A DNA stretch of 17,857 nucleotides from an uncultured Janthinobacterium sp. Its GTDB lineage: Bacteria; Vulcanimicrobiota; Vulcanimicrobiia; Vulcanimicrobiales; Vulcanimicrobiaceae. The translations under genes were made by a program, and so were the position numbers. Under the pieces are notes generated by a model, which saw only the letters and a list, made by a program, of their open reading frames with translations, was not told the origin of the DNA and searched no databases. How positions within the stretch are numbered: position 1 is the first letter of the stretch; each line of letters opens with the position of its first letter. Location: assembly GCA_964658025.1 (NCBI GenBank), contig CAZZXB010000058.1, forward strand, positions 1-17,857, read 5' to 3'. Shown piece by piece: positions 10,512 through 17,857 of this stretch.

Positions 10512-10711
10512 CGGTTGCGGTGAACGGCGAACGACGGACGGTGCCGGAAGGAACGAGCGTGGCGGCGCTCTTGCGCGAACTCGGACTCGCCGAACGGGGC
10601 GGTATCGCGGTCGCGCTCAACGAGCGCGTCGTCCGACGCTCCGCGCACGACGAGCAGACGCTCGTCGAGGGCGACGCCGTGGAGATCATCCGCGCCGTCT
10701 CGGGTGGGTAG
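10508..10711 (+). CDS. thiS: Sulfur carrier protein
   Basis: MTVAVNGE...[10 protein letters not shown]...[13 protein letters not shown], ending in Gly-Gly. ATGA overlap with thiO. Confidence 0.95.
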   Translation: MTVAVNGERRTVPEGTSVAALLRELGLAERGGIAVALNERVVRRSAHDEQTLVEGDAVEIIRAVSGG

Positions 10712-10721
10712 AACGCTCCAC

Positions 10722-11504
10722 GTGGACGCACCGCTTCGCATCGGAACCCGCGAGTTCTCGTCTCGGCTCATCGTCGGCACGGGAAAGTATCCGTCGCTCG
10801 ACGTCATGCGCGACGCGCACGCCGCGAGCGGTACGGCGATGGTGACGGTCGCCATCCGTCGGATCGATCTCGGCGATCCCACGGGTAAGACGATGCTCGA
10901 CCATCTCGATCGCACGCGCTACGCGCTCTTGCCGAACACCGCGGGCTGCACGACGGCGAAGGAAGCCGTGCTCACCGCGAGGCTGGCGCGCGAGCTCCTC
11001 GACACGGATCTCATCAAGCTCGAAGTGATCGGCGACGCGCAGACGCTCTATCCCGACACGACCGAGACGATCCTCGCCGCGAAAGAACTCGTCGCCGACG
11101 GCTTCACCGTGTTGCCGTACGTGGTCGACGATCCGACGGCGTGCCTCCGTCTCGAAGAGGTCGGCTGTGCGGCGGTCATGCCGCTCGGCGCGCCGATCGG
11201 CAGCGGTCTCGGGATCTGCAATCCGTATTCGATCTCGATCATCACGTCGCGCGCGTCGGTCCCCGTCATCGTCGATGCGGGCGTCGGCACGGCATCCGAC
11301 GCGGCGATCGCGATGGAACTCGGCGTCGATGCGGTGCTCATGAACACGGGGATCGCCGCCGCGCGCGATCCCGTCGCGATGGCGCGCGCGATGCGTCTCG
11401 CCGTCGAAGCCGGTCGCATCGCCTACTTGGCGGGCCGGATGGAAAAACGTCTGTACGCGAGCGCGTCGAGTCCGATGCGCGATCTCATCGGGAGCACGTC
11501 GTGA
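10722..11504 (+). CDS. thiG: Thiazole synthase
   Basis: [37 protein letters not shown] and [11 protein letters not shown]. Start is GTG 10722, with GTG 10704 as an alternative. Confidence 0.96.
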   Translation: MDAPLRIGTREFSSRLIVGTGKYPSLDVMRDAHAASGTAMVTVAIRRIDLGDPTGKTMLDHLDRTRYALLPNTAGCTTAKEAVLTARLARELLDTDLIKLEVIGDAQTLYPDTTETILAAKELVADGFTVLPYVVDDPTACLRLEEVGCAAVMPLGAPIGSGLGICNPYSISIITSRASVPVIVDAGVGTASDAAIAMELGVDAVLMNTGIAAARDPVAMARAMRLAVEAGRIAYLAGRMEKRLYASASSPMRDLIGSTS

Positions 11505-11827
11505 GCCTACCAAGCGATATTTCTGTTTCGGATCTCAAGGCGCTTCGCGACGCGGGTTCGGCGCCGCGGGTGCTCGACGTGCGCGAGAACGACGAGATCG
11601 CGACCGCGTCGATCGACGGCACGACGCACGTGCCCATGGGCGACGTCCCCGCGCGCGTCGGCGATTTCGACAAGGACGACGACATCGTCGTGATGTGCCA
11701 CCACGGCGGACGCAGCGCCCTCGTCGCGGACTTCCTACGCAAGAACGGCTTCACGAGCGTCGCGAATCTCGACGGCGGGATCGACGCGTGGTCCGAACGT
11801 ATCGATCCTTCCGTCCCGCGTTATTAG
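11501..11827 (+). CDS. Single-domain rhodanese sulfurtransferase
   Basis: VLDVRENDE, active-site loop CHHGGRS, and [20 protein letters not shown] (like the MoeZ/MoeB C-terminal rhodanese). SD GGAG at 11491 and a GTGA overlap with thiG. Confidence 0.9.
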   Translation: MSLPSDISVSDLKALRDAGSAPRVLDVRENDEIATASIDGTTHVPMGDVPARVGDFDKDDDIVVMCHHGGRSALVADFLRKNGFTSVANLDGGIDAWSERIDPSVPRY

Positions 11828-11847
11828 CGCGTCGACGACCGACGCGC
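11827..11847. terminator. Hairpin between convergent genes
   Basis: GCGCGTCG-ACGAC-CGACGCGC, an 8-bp stem. Confidence 0.3.
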
Positions 11848-11855
11848 GACGCGCG

Positions 11856-14030
11856 TCAGTTCGCGGGTTTCGAGCGCGGGTGCGCGATCGAGAGCAACGC
11901 GATGTCGTCGGGCGCCCGTCGCTCGCCGAGTAACGTCCGTAGGATGGCGTGCGCGGGCGCGCCCGTCGCGACGGCCGCCTCGATCGCGGCCGTGAGTTTG
12001 AGTTCGCCCATCGGAACGTCGCGATCGTATTCGGTGATACCGTCGGTATACAGGAAGAGCGTGTCGCCGGGGGCGAGCGTTCCGTGGAACGTCTTCGTGC
12101 CGATGTCGTCGAGGATGCCGAGCGGGCGGCCTTCGAAGGCGAGTCGTCGCGAGGGCGCGCTTGCGGGTGCGAGGATCGCCGGCGGGTGACCCGCCGTCGC
12201 GTACCGGAAGCGACCCGTGCCGCGCTCGAGGATCCCCGCGATCGCCGTGACCATCGTGCTCCCTTGCGCGACGAGCGCGCGATTCACGTGGCGCAACAAT
12301 TCGCTCGGATCGGGCGTATCGAGCGCCGCCATCACCATCGCGTTGCGCGCGCGACCCATGACGACCGCCGCGTCGACGCCGTGTCCGGCGACGTCGCCGA
12401 TCGCGAAGAGCAGGTCGCCGCCCGGGAGGACGACCGTCTCGAAGAAGTCGCCGCCGACGCGCGTCTCTTCTTCGGCGGGGACGTAGACGGCGTCGAGCGC
12501 GAACGGTTCGAACGCGGGGAGCTGCGCCGGCATGTACGCGCGCACGAGCGATCCGATCACGCTCTCGCGACGGTCGGAACGGCGCTTCTGGACGTCGACG
12601 TCGGTCGCGCTTCCGAGCCAGCGTTCGATCGATCCGTCGGGCGCGCGATAGGGAAGCGCGCGGTTGAGGAACCAGCGATAGACGCGATCGCGCGTGCGGA
12701 AGAGGCGGTGTTCGATCTCGTACGGCTCGCCGAACGTGTGCGCGCGCGTCCACGCGTCGACGGTCCGCGCGAGGTCTTCGGGATGGACGATCATCTCCCA
12801 GCCTTCGCGCCGCAGATCGTCGCCCGACATCTGGAGGTAGTCGAGGAAGCGCGCGCTGTAGTAATCGACGGTGCCGTCCGGAAGCGCGGTCCACACCATC
12901 TGCGGGATCGCGTCGGCGATCACTTTCATTTCGGCGGCGCGCTCGTCGCTGCGCGCCTGATAGCGTTTCTGCACGTCGATATCCGTCGACGTGCCGAACC
13001 AGCGCACGATGCGCCCGTCCGCGTCGATCATCGGTCGACTGCGCGAGAGATACCACCGATACCGGCCCGTGCCGCTCCGCCCCATCCGGAATTCGATCTC
13101 GTAGGCGGATCCCGTGGCGACGGCTTCCGACCAGCCGCTGATGACGGCTTCGACGTCGTCGGGGTGCACGACGTCGTACCAGTCGGCCATCGCGATCTCG
13201 CGATCGCGCGGGAAGCCCGTGACGTCGTAGTAGGCGTGATTGAAGTAGGTCACGCGGCCGCCGGGTTCGGCGATCCAGACGAGCTGCGGTAGCGCGTTCG
13301 CGACCGCCTCGATCGCGTCGCGCGCGGCCGCGACGCGATCGTCCGTCCGGGCGTCGCGCGGGACGAATGTGGCCGTCGGCGCGACGCGGGCGAGCACGAA
13401 CCAATGCACGGTTCCCGTCGCCGCTCCGGCGCCGTGCGCCCACCTCCCGACGATCTCGCCCGCGTCGATCTCGAGCAGCGAATGGATGCGGAAGCCCGCG
13501 ACGAGTTCGCGCGCTTCGGCTTCGTCGAAGAACACGTGCGGGACGCCCGCTTCGTCGCCGACCGGCGAGACGTACGTCCGGGCTTCCACGCACGCGCCGG
13601 CGCCGAAGCGCGCGTCGTGCGTGGAGCCCAATGTGATCGCGAGCAGACCCTCCGGCGCGAGCGCGGCACGCACCGTCGCGATGGCGGCCGCGATCTCGCG
13701 CGGACTTCCGTGGAGCAGCGCGTGCGTGGAGACGACGGCGCCGTACGGACCGGAAAACGGAAACGGATCGGCGTACGAACCCGACGCGATCGTGACGCGC
13801 GGCTCTCGCGCGAATCGAACCGTCGCGGCGGCGCGGCGCTCCGCGTCGGCCTCGACCGCATCGACCGCGATCCCCGCGTCCAAGAACGGCGCGACGTTGC
13901 GTCCGCTCCCGACGCCGAGCAACAACACGCGTCGCGGCAATCCGCTCGCGATGACGAACGTCGCCGTTTCGGTCGCGAGAGGATGCGCGACAGGCGGCCC
14001 GACCGCCTCTGGTAAATCCGGGAGCTTCAC
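11856..14030 (-). CDS. Fusion of a class I SAM-methyltransferase-like domain, two PAS domains and a SpoIIE/RsbU-type PP2C phosphatase
   Basis: N-terminal VLLLGVGSGRN...VDAVEAD...YGAVVSTHALLH...LAPEG. Two PAS repeats (LPQLVW...VHPDD...WFGTSTDID and IPQMVW...VHPED...WLGSATDVD). PP2C motifs GGDFF, IGDVAGHG, TAGHPP, LYTDG and DDIAL. Start chosen as GTG 14030 to avoid overlap with bcp. Confidence 0.85.
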   Translation of the reverse strand: MKLPDLPEAVGPPVAHPLATETATFVIASGLPRRVLLLGVGSGRNVAPFLDAGIAVDAVEADAERRAAATVRFAREPRVTIASGSYADPFPFSGPYGAVVSTHALLHGSPREIAAAIATVRAALAPEGLLAITLGSTHDARFGAGACVEARTYVSPVGDEAGVPHVFFDEAEARELVAGFRIHSLLEIDAGEIVGRWAHGAGAATGTVHWFVLARVAPTATFVPRDARTDDRVAAARDAIEAVANALPQLVWIAEPGGRVTYFNHAYYDVTGFPRDREIAMADWYDVVHPDDVEAVISGWSEAVATGSAYEIEFRMGRSGTGRYRWYLSRSRPMIDADGRIVRWFGTSTDIDVQKRYQARSDERAAEMKVIADAIPQMVWTALPDGTVDYYSARFLDYLQMSGDDLRREGWEMIVHPEDLARTVDAWTRAHTFGEPYEIEHRLFRTRDRVYRWFLNRALPYRAPDGSIERWLGSATDVDVQKRRSDRRESVIGSLVRAYMPAQLPAFEPFALDAVYVPAEEETRVGGDFFETVVLPGGDLLFAIGDVAGHGVDAAVVMGRARNAMVMAALDTPDPSELLRHVNRALVAQGSTMVTAIAGILERGTGRFRYATAGHPPAILAPASAPSRRLAFEGRPLGILDDIGTKTFHGTLAPGDTLFLYTDGITEYDRDVPMGELKLTAAIEAAVATGAPAHAILRTLLGERRAPDDIALLSIAHPRSKPAN

Positions 14031-14058
14031 GCCTGCTTCTTCGACATGGAGCGACGCT

Positions 14059-14511
14059 ATGCTTGAGCTTGGGGCATCTTTACCCGCGGTCCGTCTCGCC
14101 GACGACTCGGGCGCCGAGATATCGACGGACGGTCTGACGGGCACGCCGCTCGTGGTCTATTTCTATCCCAAAGACGACACGCCCGGATGCACGAACGAGG
14201 CCACGCAATTCCGCGACCTCTGGGAGCGCTTCGAAGCGAAGCACGCGCGCGTCGTCGGCGTGAGCCGCGACACGGTCGCCTCGCATAAAAAATTCAAAGA
14301 AAAATACGACATCCCGTTCGCGTTGCTCGCCGACGTCGATTCGCGACTCTGCGACGCCTTCGGCGTGATCGTCGAAAAGAATATGTACGGCAAGAAGAGC
14401 ATGGGCGTCCAGCGTGCGACGTTTCTCTTCGACGAGACGGGGAAGCTCGTCGAAGTGTGGCCGAAGGTGAGCGTGGACGGGCACGCCGAGGACGTGCTAT
14501 CCAAGATCTGA
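14059..14511 (+). CDS. bcp: Peroxiredoxin, BCP/PrxQ type
   Basis: YFYPKDDTPGCTNEA, GVSRD, KNMYGKKSMGVQRATF and VSVDGHA. SD GGAG at 14048-14051. Confidence 0.93.
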   Translation: MLELGASLPAVRLADDSGAEISTDGLTGTPLVVYFYPKDDTPGCTNEATQFRDLWERFEAKHARVVGVSRDTVASHKKFKEKYDIPFALLADVDSRLCDAFGVIVEKNMYGKKSMGVQRATFLFDETGKLVEVWPKVSVDGHAEDVLSKI

Positions 14512-15272
14512 AGCTGACGGTGCTCGGATCGAGTTGCTCGATCCCGAGACCGGGGCGCGCGTGCAGCGGGTATCTCGTCGAAGCGGAAGGCCTCGCCATC
14601 GTCGCGGATCTCGGATCCGGCGCGCTCGCGAACGCCCTCTACGAGCGATCGGCCGAATCGATCGACGCGGTCGTGATCTCGCACATGCATGCGGACCACT
14701 TCATCGATCTCGTTCCGTTACGCTACGCGCTCCGGTACGGGGCGCGTTCGCACGACCGACGCGTGAGCGTGTATCTTCCGCCGGACGGAACGGCGACCTT
14801 ACGACGGTTGGTCGGTGCGTTCGCGCGCGAGTCGGGGGCGGAGTTTCTCGATGCGTTCGACGTGCGCGAATACGATCCCGAGCGCGAACTGCGCCTCGGC
14901 GACGTGCGCCTGCGTTTCGCGCCGACGCGGCACTACATCCCGACGTTCGCGGTCCGCTTCGACGTCGCGTCGGCGAGCCTGACGTACAGCGCGGATACCG
15001 CGCCGACGCGCGACGTGGAACGGCTCGCGCGCGGGTGCACCGCGCTCCTCTGCGAGGCCACCCTCGCGCCGACCGAGGAACGCGACGTGGAACGCGGGCA
15101 TCTCTCGGCGCGCGAGGCGGGCGCGCTCGCGACGGCGGCCGACGCCCGTCGGCTCTTGCTCACGCACTATCCGGCGAGCGCGGATCCGGCGGCCCTCGCG
15201 CGCGACGCCGCCGCCGCGTTCTCCGGGCCGATCGCGGTCGTCGACGATCGCGACGCGTTCACGATCGCGTAG
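14508..15272 (+). CDS. Metallo-beta-lactamase-fold hydrolase (RNase Z / cyclic-nucleotide phosphodiesterase-like)
   Basis: KLTVLGS, ACSGYLV, DLGSG, SHMHADH (HxHxDH), YSADT, LCEAT, GHL and LLTHY. Proposed start is CTG 14508; alternatives are GTG 14457 and GTG 14520. Confidence 0.85.
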   Translation: MKLTVLGSSCSIPRPGRACSGYLVEAEGLAIVADLGSGALANALYERSAESIDAVVISHMHADHFIDLVPLRYALRYGARSHDRRVSVYLPPDGTATLRRLVGAFARESGAEFLDAFDVREYDPERELRLGDVRLRFAPTRHYIPTFAVRFDVASASLTYSADTAPTRDVERLARGCTALLCEATLAPTEERDVERGHLSAREAGALATAADARRLLLTHYPASADPAALARDAAAAFSGPIAVVDDRDAFTIA

Positions 15273-15293
15273 CGTCGCGCGACGCGCGGCGCG

Positions 15294-15848
15294 CTAATTC
15301 TCGGTCTTCGCGTCTCCGCGCGGTAACGAGAACTGCACGAGCGATTTGATCGGTGCGAGCCCGCGATTGATCACGGCGTAGGACGTGACTTGGAGGTTGA
15401 GTTCCTCGAGCCGCGCCTGCGCGGCCATCACCTCGCGACCGTTACTGACGACGTCCTCGAGCAGGAGCACCCGCTGTCCCTCGGCATAGGGTCCCTCGAC
15501 GTACTCGTTCGCGAACGCGCCGTACGCTTTCGGCTGCTTGCGCACGACGATCATCGGAAGGTTCGTCATCGCCGAGACCGCGGTCGCGAGGATCACGCCG
15601 CCGAGTTCGGTGCCGCCGATCAAGTGCGGTTCGGTGTCGGCGACGATCGGCGCGAATAACCGCGCGATCCGGCGGAGCACCGCGGGATCGGAGAACAGCG
15701 CGAACTTATCGATGTAGAAATCGCTACGACGGCCGCCCGCGAGCAGCACCTCGCCGCGCGTGAGCGCGCGCTCGACGATCATGTTCACGAGCCATTTGAT
15801 CTCGGGGATGCGACCGAGGCGCGAGTTCTCCGATTCTAGATGTCCCAT
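15294..15848 (-). CDS. Orotate phosphoribosyltransferase-like type I PRTase (divergent)
   Basis: GEVLLAGGRRSDFYIDK, GTELGGV, VRKQPKAYG and VLLLEDVVSNG. The start is uncertain: ATG 15848 (overlapping the upstream gene), GTG 15788 or ATG 15782. Confidence 0.75.
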   Translation of the reverse strand: MGHLESENSRLGRIPEIKWLVNMIVERALTRGEVLLAGGRRSDFYIDKFALFSDPAVLRRIARLFAPIVADTEPHLIGGTELGGVILATAVSAMTNLPMIVVRKQPKAYGAFANEYVEGPYAEGQRVLLLEDVVSNGREVMAAQARLEELNLQVTSYAVINRGLAPIKSLVQFSLPRGDAKTEN

Positions 15849-17470
15849 TGATAGGCGTTCCATGACTCCGTGACCGGATTCGGGGTGAAGTTGCGAAAGT
15901 CGGGATTGATCGGCTGGATCATGCGCGGCCACCAGATCGGGATCTCGGGTTGATCCTCGCCGAGGAGCGTCTCGATCCGCGCGTAGTCGCGAGCGCGCGT
16001 CGGTCGGTCGTAATGCGTGAGGGCGCTCGTTTGCGCGGCGTCCATCGCGGGTTTGCAGTAATGCGTCTCGTTGTTCCCGCCGGGGGGCTGGGCCGCGCAC
16101 GAAAACGTCGACGAGTCGTCGGGATCGGCGCCCGCGATCCAGCCGGTCCAAGATATGTCGTATTTTCCGTTTTGCAGGATACCCCCCTGGCCGAGCGTGG
16201 CGAAGAGCATCGACGGCAGGTACGTGTGGAGGACGACCGCGACGCCGACGCGGCGGTACATCGCTTGCACGAGGACGGCGGCGCTCCGGCGCGTGACGCT
16301 GTTCGCGTTCGTGACGAGTTCGAGCGCGAGCGGACGACCGTCGCGTTCGAGCACGCCGTCCCGACCGGGTACGAAACCCGCCGCGGCGAGGAGCGCCGAG
16401 GCCTTCGCGGGATCGTACGGGTACGTGCGGACGCCGCGCGCGTGCGCCCACATGAACGGCGGAAGATCTTGATCCGCGACGACGGCGGACCCCGTCGTCA
16501 ACGTGTCGACGAGTTTTCGCCGATCGGTCGCGTACGCGAGCGCCCGGCGCACGCGCGGATCGTCGAGCGGCGGCCGGCGGGTATTGATCTGGATGCGTTC
16601 GTACTCGTTATTGTTTTGCAGGACGAGCGTGGTGTCGGGGATCGTCTGGAGTTCGCGGTATTCGTTCGGCGAGGCTTCGAATTGCCAATCGACGTCGTGC
16701 GTCCGAAGCGCGGAGATCTCGCTGTTCTCGTCGGGGATGAGCTTCACGAGGATCGACGAGAGCTTCGGTTTGCCGCGAAAATAATTCGGGTTCGGCACGA
16801 ACGTGAGATGGTCGTCGCGGACCCATTCCTTGAGACGATACGGTCCCGTACCGATCGGTTCCGCGTTGAACGGAATCGCGTTGACGTCGTGCAGCTTTCC
16901 GAGCAGATGCTCGGGCAGGATCCGATACGGCGTGTCGCTCTCGCCGAAGATCGTGTCGATCGCGGGCGAGAAGCGTCGCTTCATGCGGAACACGACCGTC
17001 CGATCGTCGGGCGTCTCGACGCTCCGCACGAGCGCGTAGCCGTGCTGCGATTTCACGTTGTTCGCGGGATTCATCACCGCGCGCCAGGTGAACGCGACGT
17101 CGCGGCTCGTGAACGGCACGCCGTCCTGCCACCGCACGCCGCGGCGGAGTTTGTAGGTGATCGTGAGGCCGTCGCGGGAGATGCCGCCGTTCGCGAGCGT
17201 CGGCACGACTTCGGCGAGATCGGGGACGTCGCGCTTGCCGCTCGCGTCGACCGTGACGAGTTCGTCGAAGACGAGTCCGTCGAGCATGTTCTCCGTCGTG
17301 TCGCCGGCGAGGATCGGGTTGAGGCTCGTCGGCGAGACGAGGATCGCGATCCGTAGGAGGCCCGGCTTCGTCCACGGATGTCGCGCGGACGACGTCGCCC
17401 GATCGCCGCGCGAGCAGGCGGTCAGGAACGCGACGAGCGCGAGCGCGACGACGCGACGCGTCGCGTTCAG
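15836..17470 (-). CDS. Peptide/nickel ABC transporter substrate-binding lipoprotein (SBP family 5)
   Basis: PDLA, ITYKLRRGVRWQDGVPFTSRDVAFT, PIGTGPY, NPNYF, DPRVRRAL and YDPAKA. The frame extends upstream of Met 17287 through a lipoprotein signal (NATRRVVALALVAFLTA-C) to CTG 17470. Confidence 0.9.
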   Translation of the reverse strand: MNATRRVVALALVAFLTACSRGDRATSSARHPWTKPGLLRIAILVSPTSLNPILAGDTTENMLDGLVFDELVTVDASGKRDVPDLAEVVPTLANGGISRDGLTITYKLRRGVRWQDGVPFTSRDVAFTWRAVMNPANNVKSQHGYALVRSVETPDDRTVVFRMKRRFSPAIDTIFGESDTPYRILPEHLLGKLHDVNAIPFNAEPIGTGPYRLKEWVRDDHLTFVPNPNYFRGKPKLSSILVKLIPDENSEISALRTHDVDWQFEASPNEYRELQTIPDTTLVLQNNNEYERIQINTRRPPLDDPRVRRALAYATDRRKLVDTLTTGSAVVADQDLPPFMWAHARGVRTYPYDPAKASALLAAAGFVPGRDGVLERDGRPLALELVTNANSVTRRSAAVLVQAMYRRVGVAVVLHTYLPSMLFATLGQGGILQNGKYDISWTGWIAGADPDDSSTFSCAAQPPGGNNETHYCKPAMDAAQTSALTHYDRPTRARDYARIETLLGEDQPEIPIWWPRMIQPINPDFRNFTPNPVTESWNAYQWDI

Positions 17471-17856
17471 CGGCGCGATTTCGCCCGTTTCTTTTTGACC
17501 GGAGCTTTCTTCGCGACGGACTTTTTCGCGGCCGCGCGTTTCGCCGGGGCGGCGCGCTTTGCGGGTTTCGCCGGGGTCTTTTTCGCGACGGATTTTTTCG
17601 CCGCGACGGTCTTTTTCTTTGCGACGGTCACGGGGCGGGTCGTCCGTTTCGCCGACGCCGCTTTTTTGGTCGGCGTCGCTTTTTTCGCGGGCGCCGCTTT
17701 TTTGACGGCCTTACTCGGCGGCGCTTTCGAAGCGGCCTTCGCTGCCTTCGGCGCGGGTTTGCCGGAACGCGCCGGGGCCGTCTTCGTGGATGGTTTCCCC
17801 GCGGGCTTCTTCGTGGGCGGGGCGGATTTTTTCGGCGACGCCGCGCGCGCGGCGGC
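17467..17856 (-). CDS. C-terminal Lys/Ala/Pro-rich histone-H1-like region of a protein that starts beyond the window
   Basis: My translation is AAARAASPKKSAPPTKKPAGKPSTKTAPARSGKPAPKAAKAASKAPPSKAVKKAAPAKKATPTKKAASAKRTTRPVTVAKKKTVAAKKSVAKKTPAKPAKRAAPAKRAAAKKSVAKKAPVKKKRAKSRR*, with TGA at 17469-17467. It is absent from the ORF track. Confidence 0.85.
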   Translation of the reverse strand, partial: AAARAASPKKSAPPTKKPAGKPSTKTAPARSGKPAPKAAKAASKAPPSKAVKKAAPAKKATPTKKAASAKRTTRPVTVAKKKTVAAKKSVAKKTPAKPAKRAAPAKRAAAKKSVAKKAPVKKKRAKSRR

Positions 17857-17857
17857 G

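Noticed and set aside
13369..14058. Apparent 230-aa N-terminal extension of bcp
   Set aside because: It is the antisense shadow of the MTase domain. bcp has its own SD and ATG at 14059.
15849..16451. Long N-terminal extension of the PyrE-like ORF
   Set aside because: It is an out-of-frame overlap with the SBP gene and has no PRTase features.
17480..17857. T-runs with GC stems on the + strand that look like terminators or a repeat array
   Set aside because: They are explained by Lys codons (AAA/AAG) of the minus-strand basic protein. There is no constant repeat-spacer structure, so this is not CRISPR.

Overview
A very GC-rich, CpG/CGCG-heavy bacterial chromosomal segment with high coding density. 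It carries housekeeping, metabolic and signalling genes, and I found no mobile element, CRISPR array or RNA gene. In order: the glcE 3' end and glcF; a PAS-GGDEF-EAL gene coupled to an M14 zinc peptidase; ETF-quinone oxidoreductase; a PiT phosphate transporter preceded by a cyanobacterial-type Pho box; a divergent hxlR / yceI-doxX module; thiO-thiS-thiG-rhodanese; an unusual methyltransferase-PAS-PAS-PP2C fusion divergent from bcp and a metallo-beta-lactamase-fold gene; and, on the minus strand, a histone-H1-like basic protein tail, a family 5 ABC lipoprotein and a divergent PyrE-like protein. The most interesting points are the MTase-PAS-PAS-SpoIIE fusion, two genes that appear to start at CTG inside CTGA stop/start overlaps, the 11-bp-period Pho box, and an 11-codon linker ORF that overlaps both the glcF stop and the start of the c-di-GMP gene. 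The sequence style suggests Eremiobacterota, but that is an unverified impression. All family calls come from motif recognition, not database searches.
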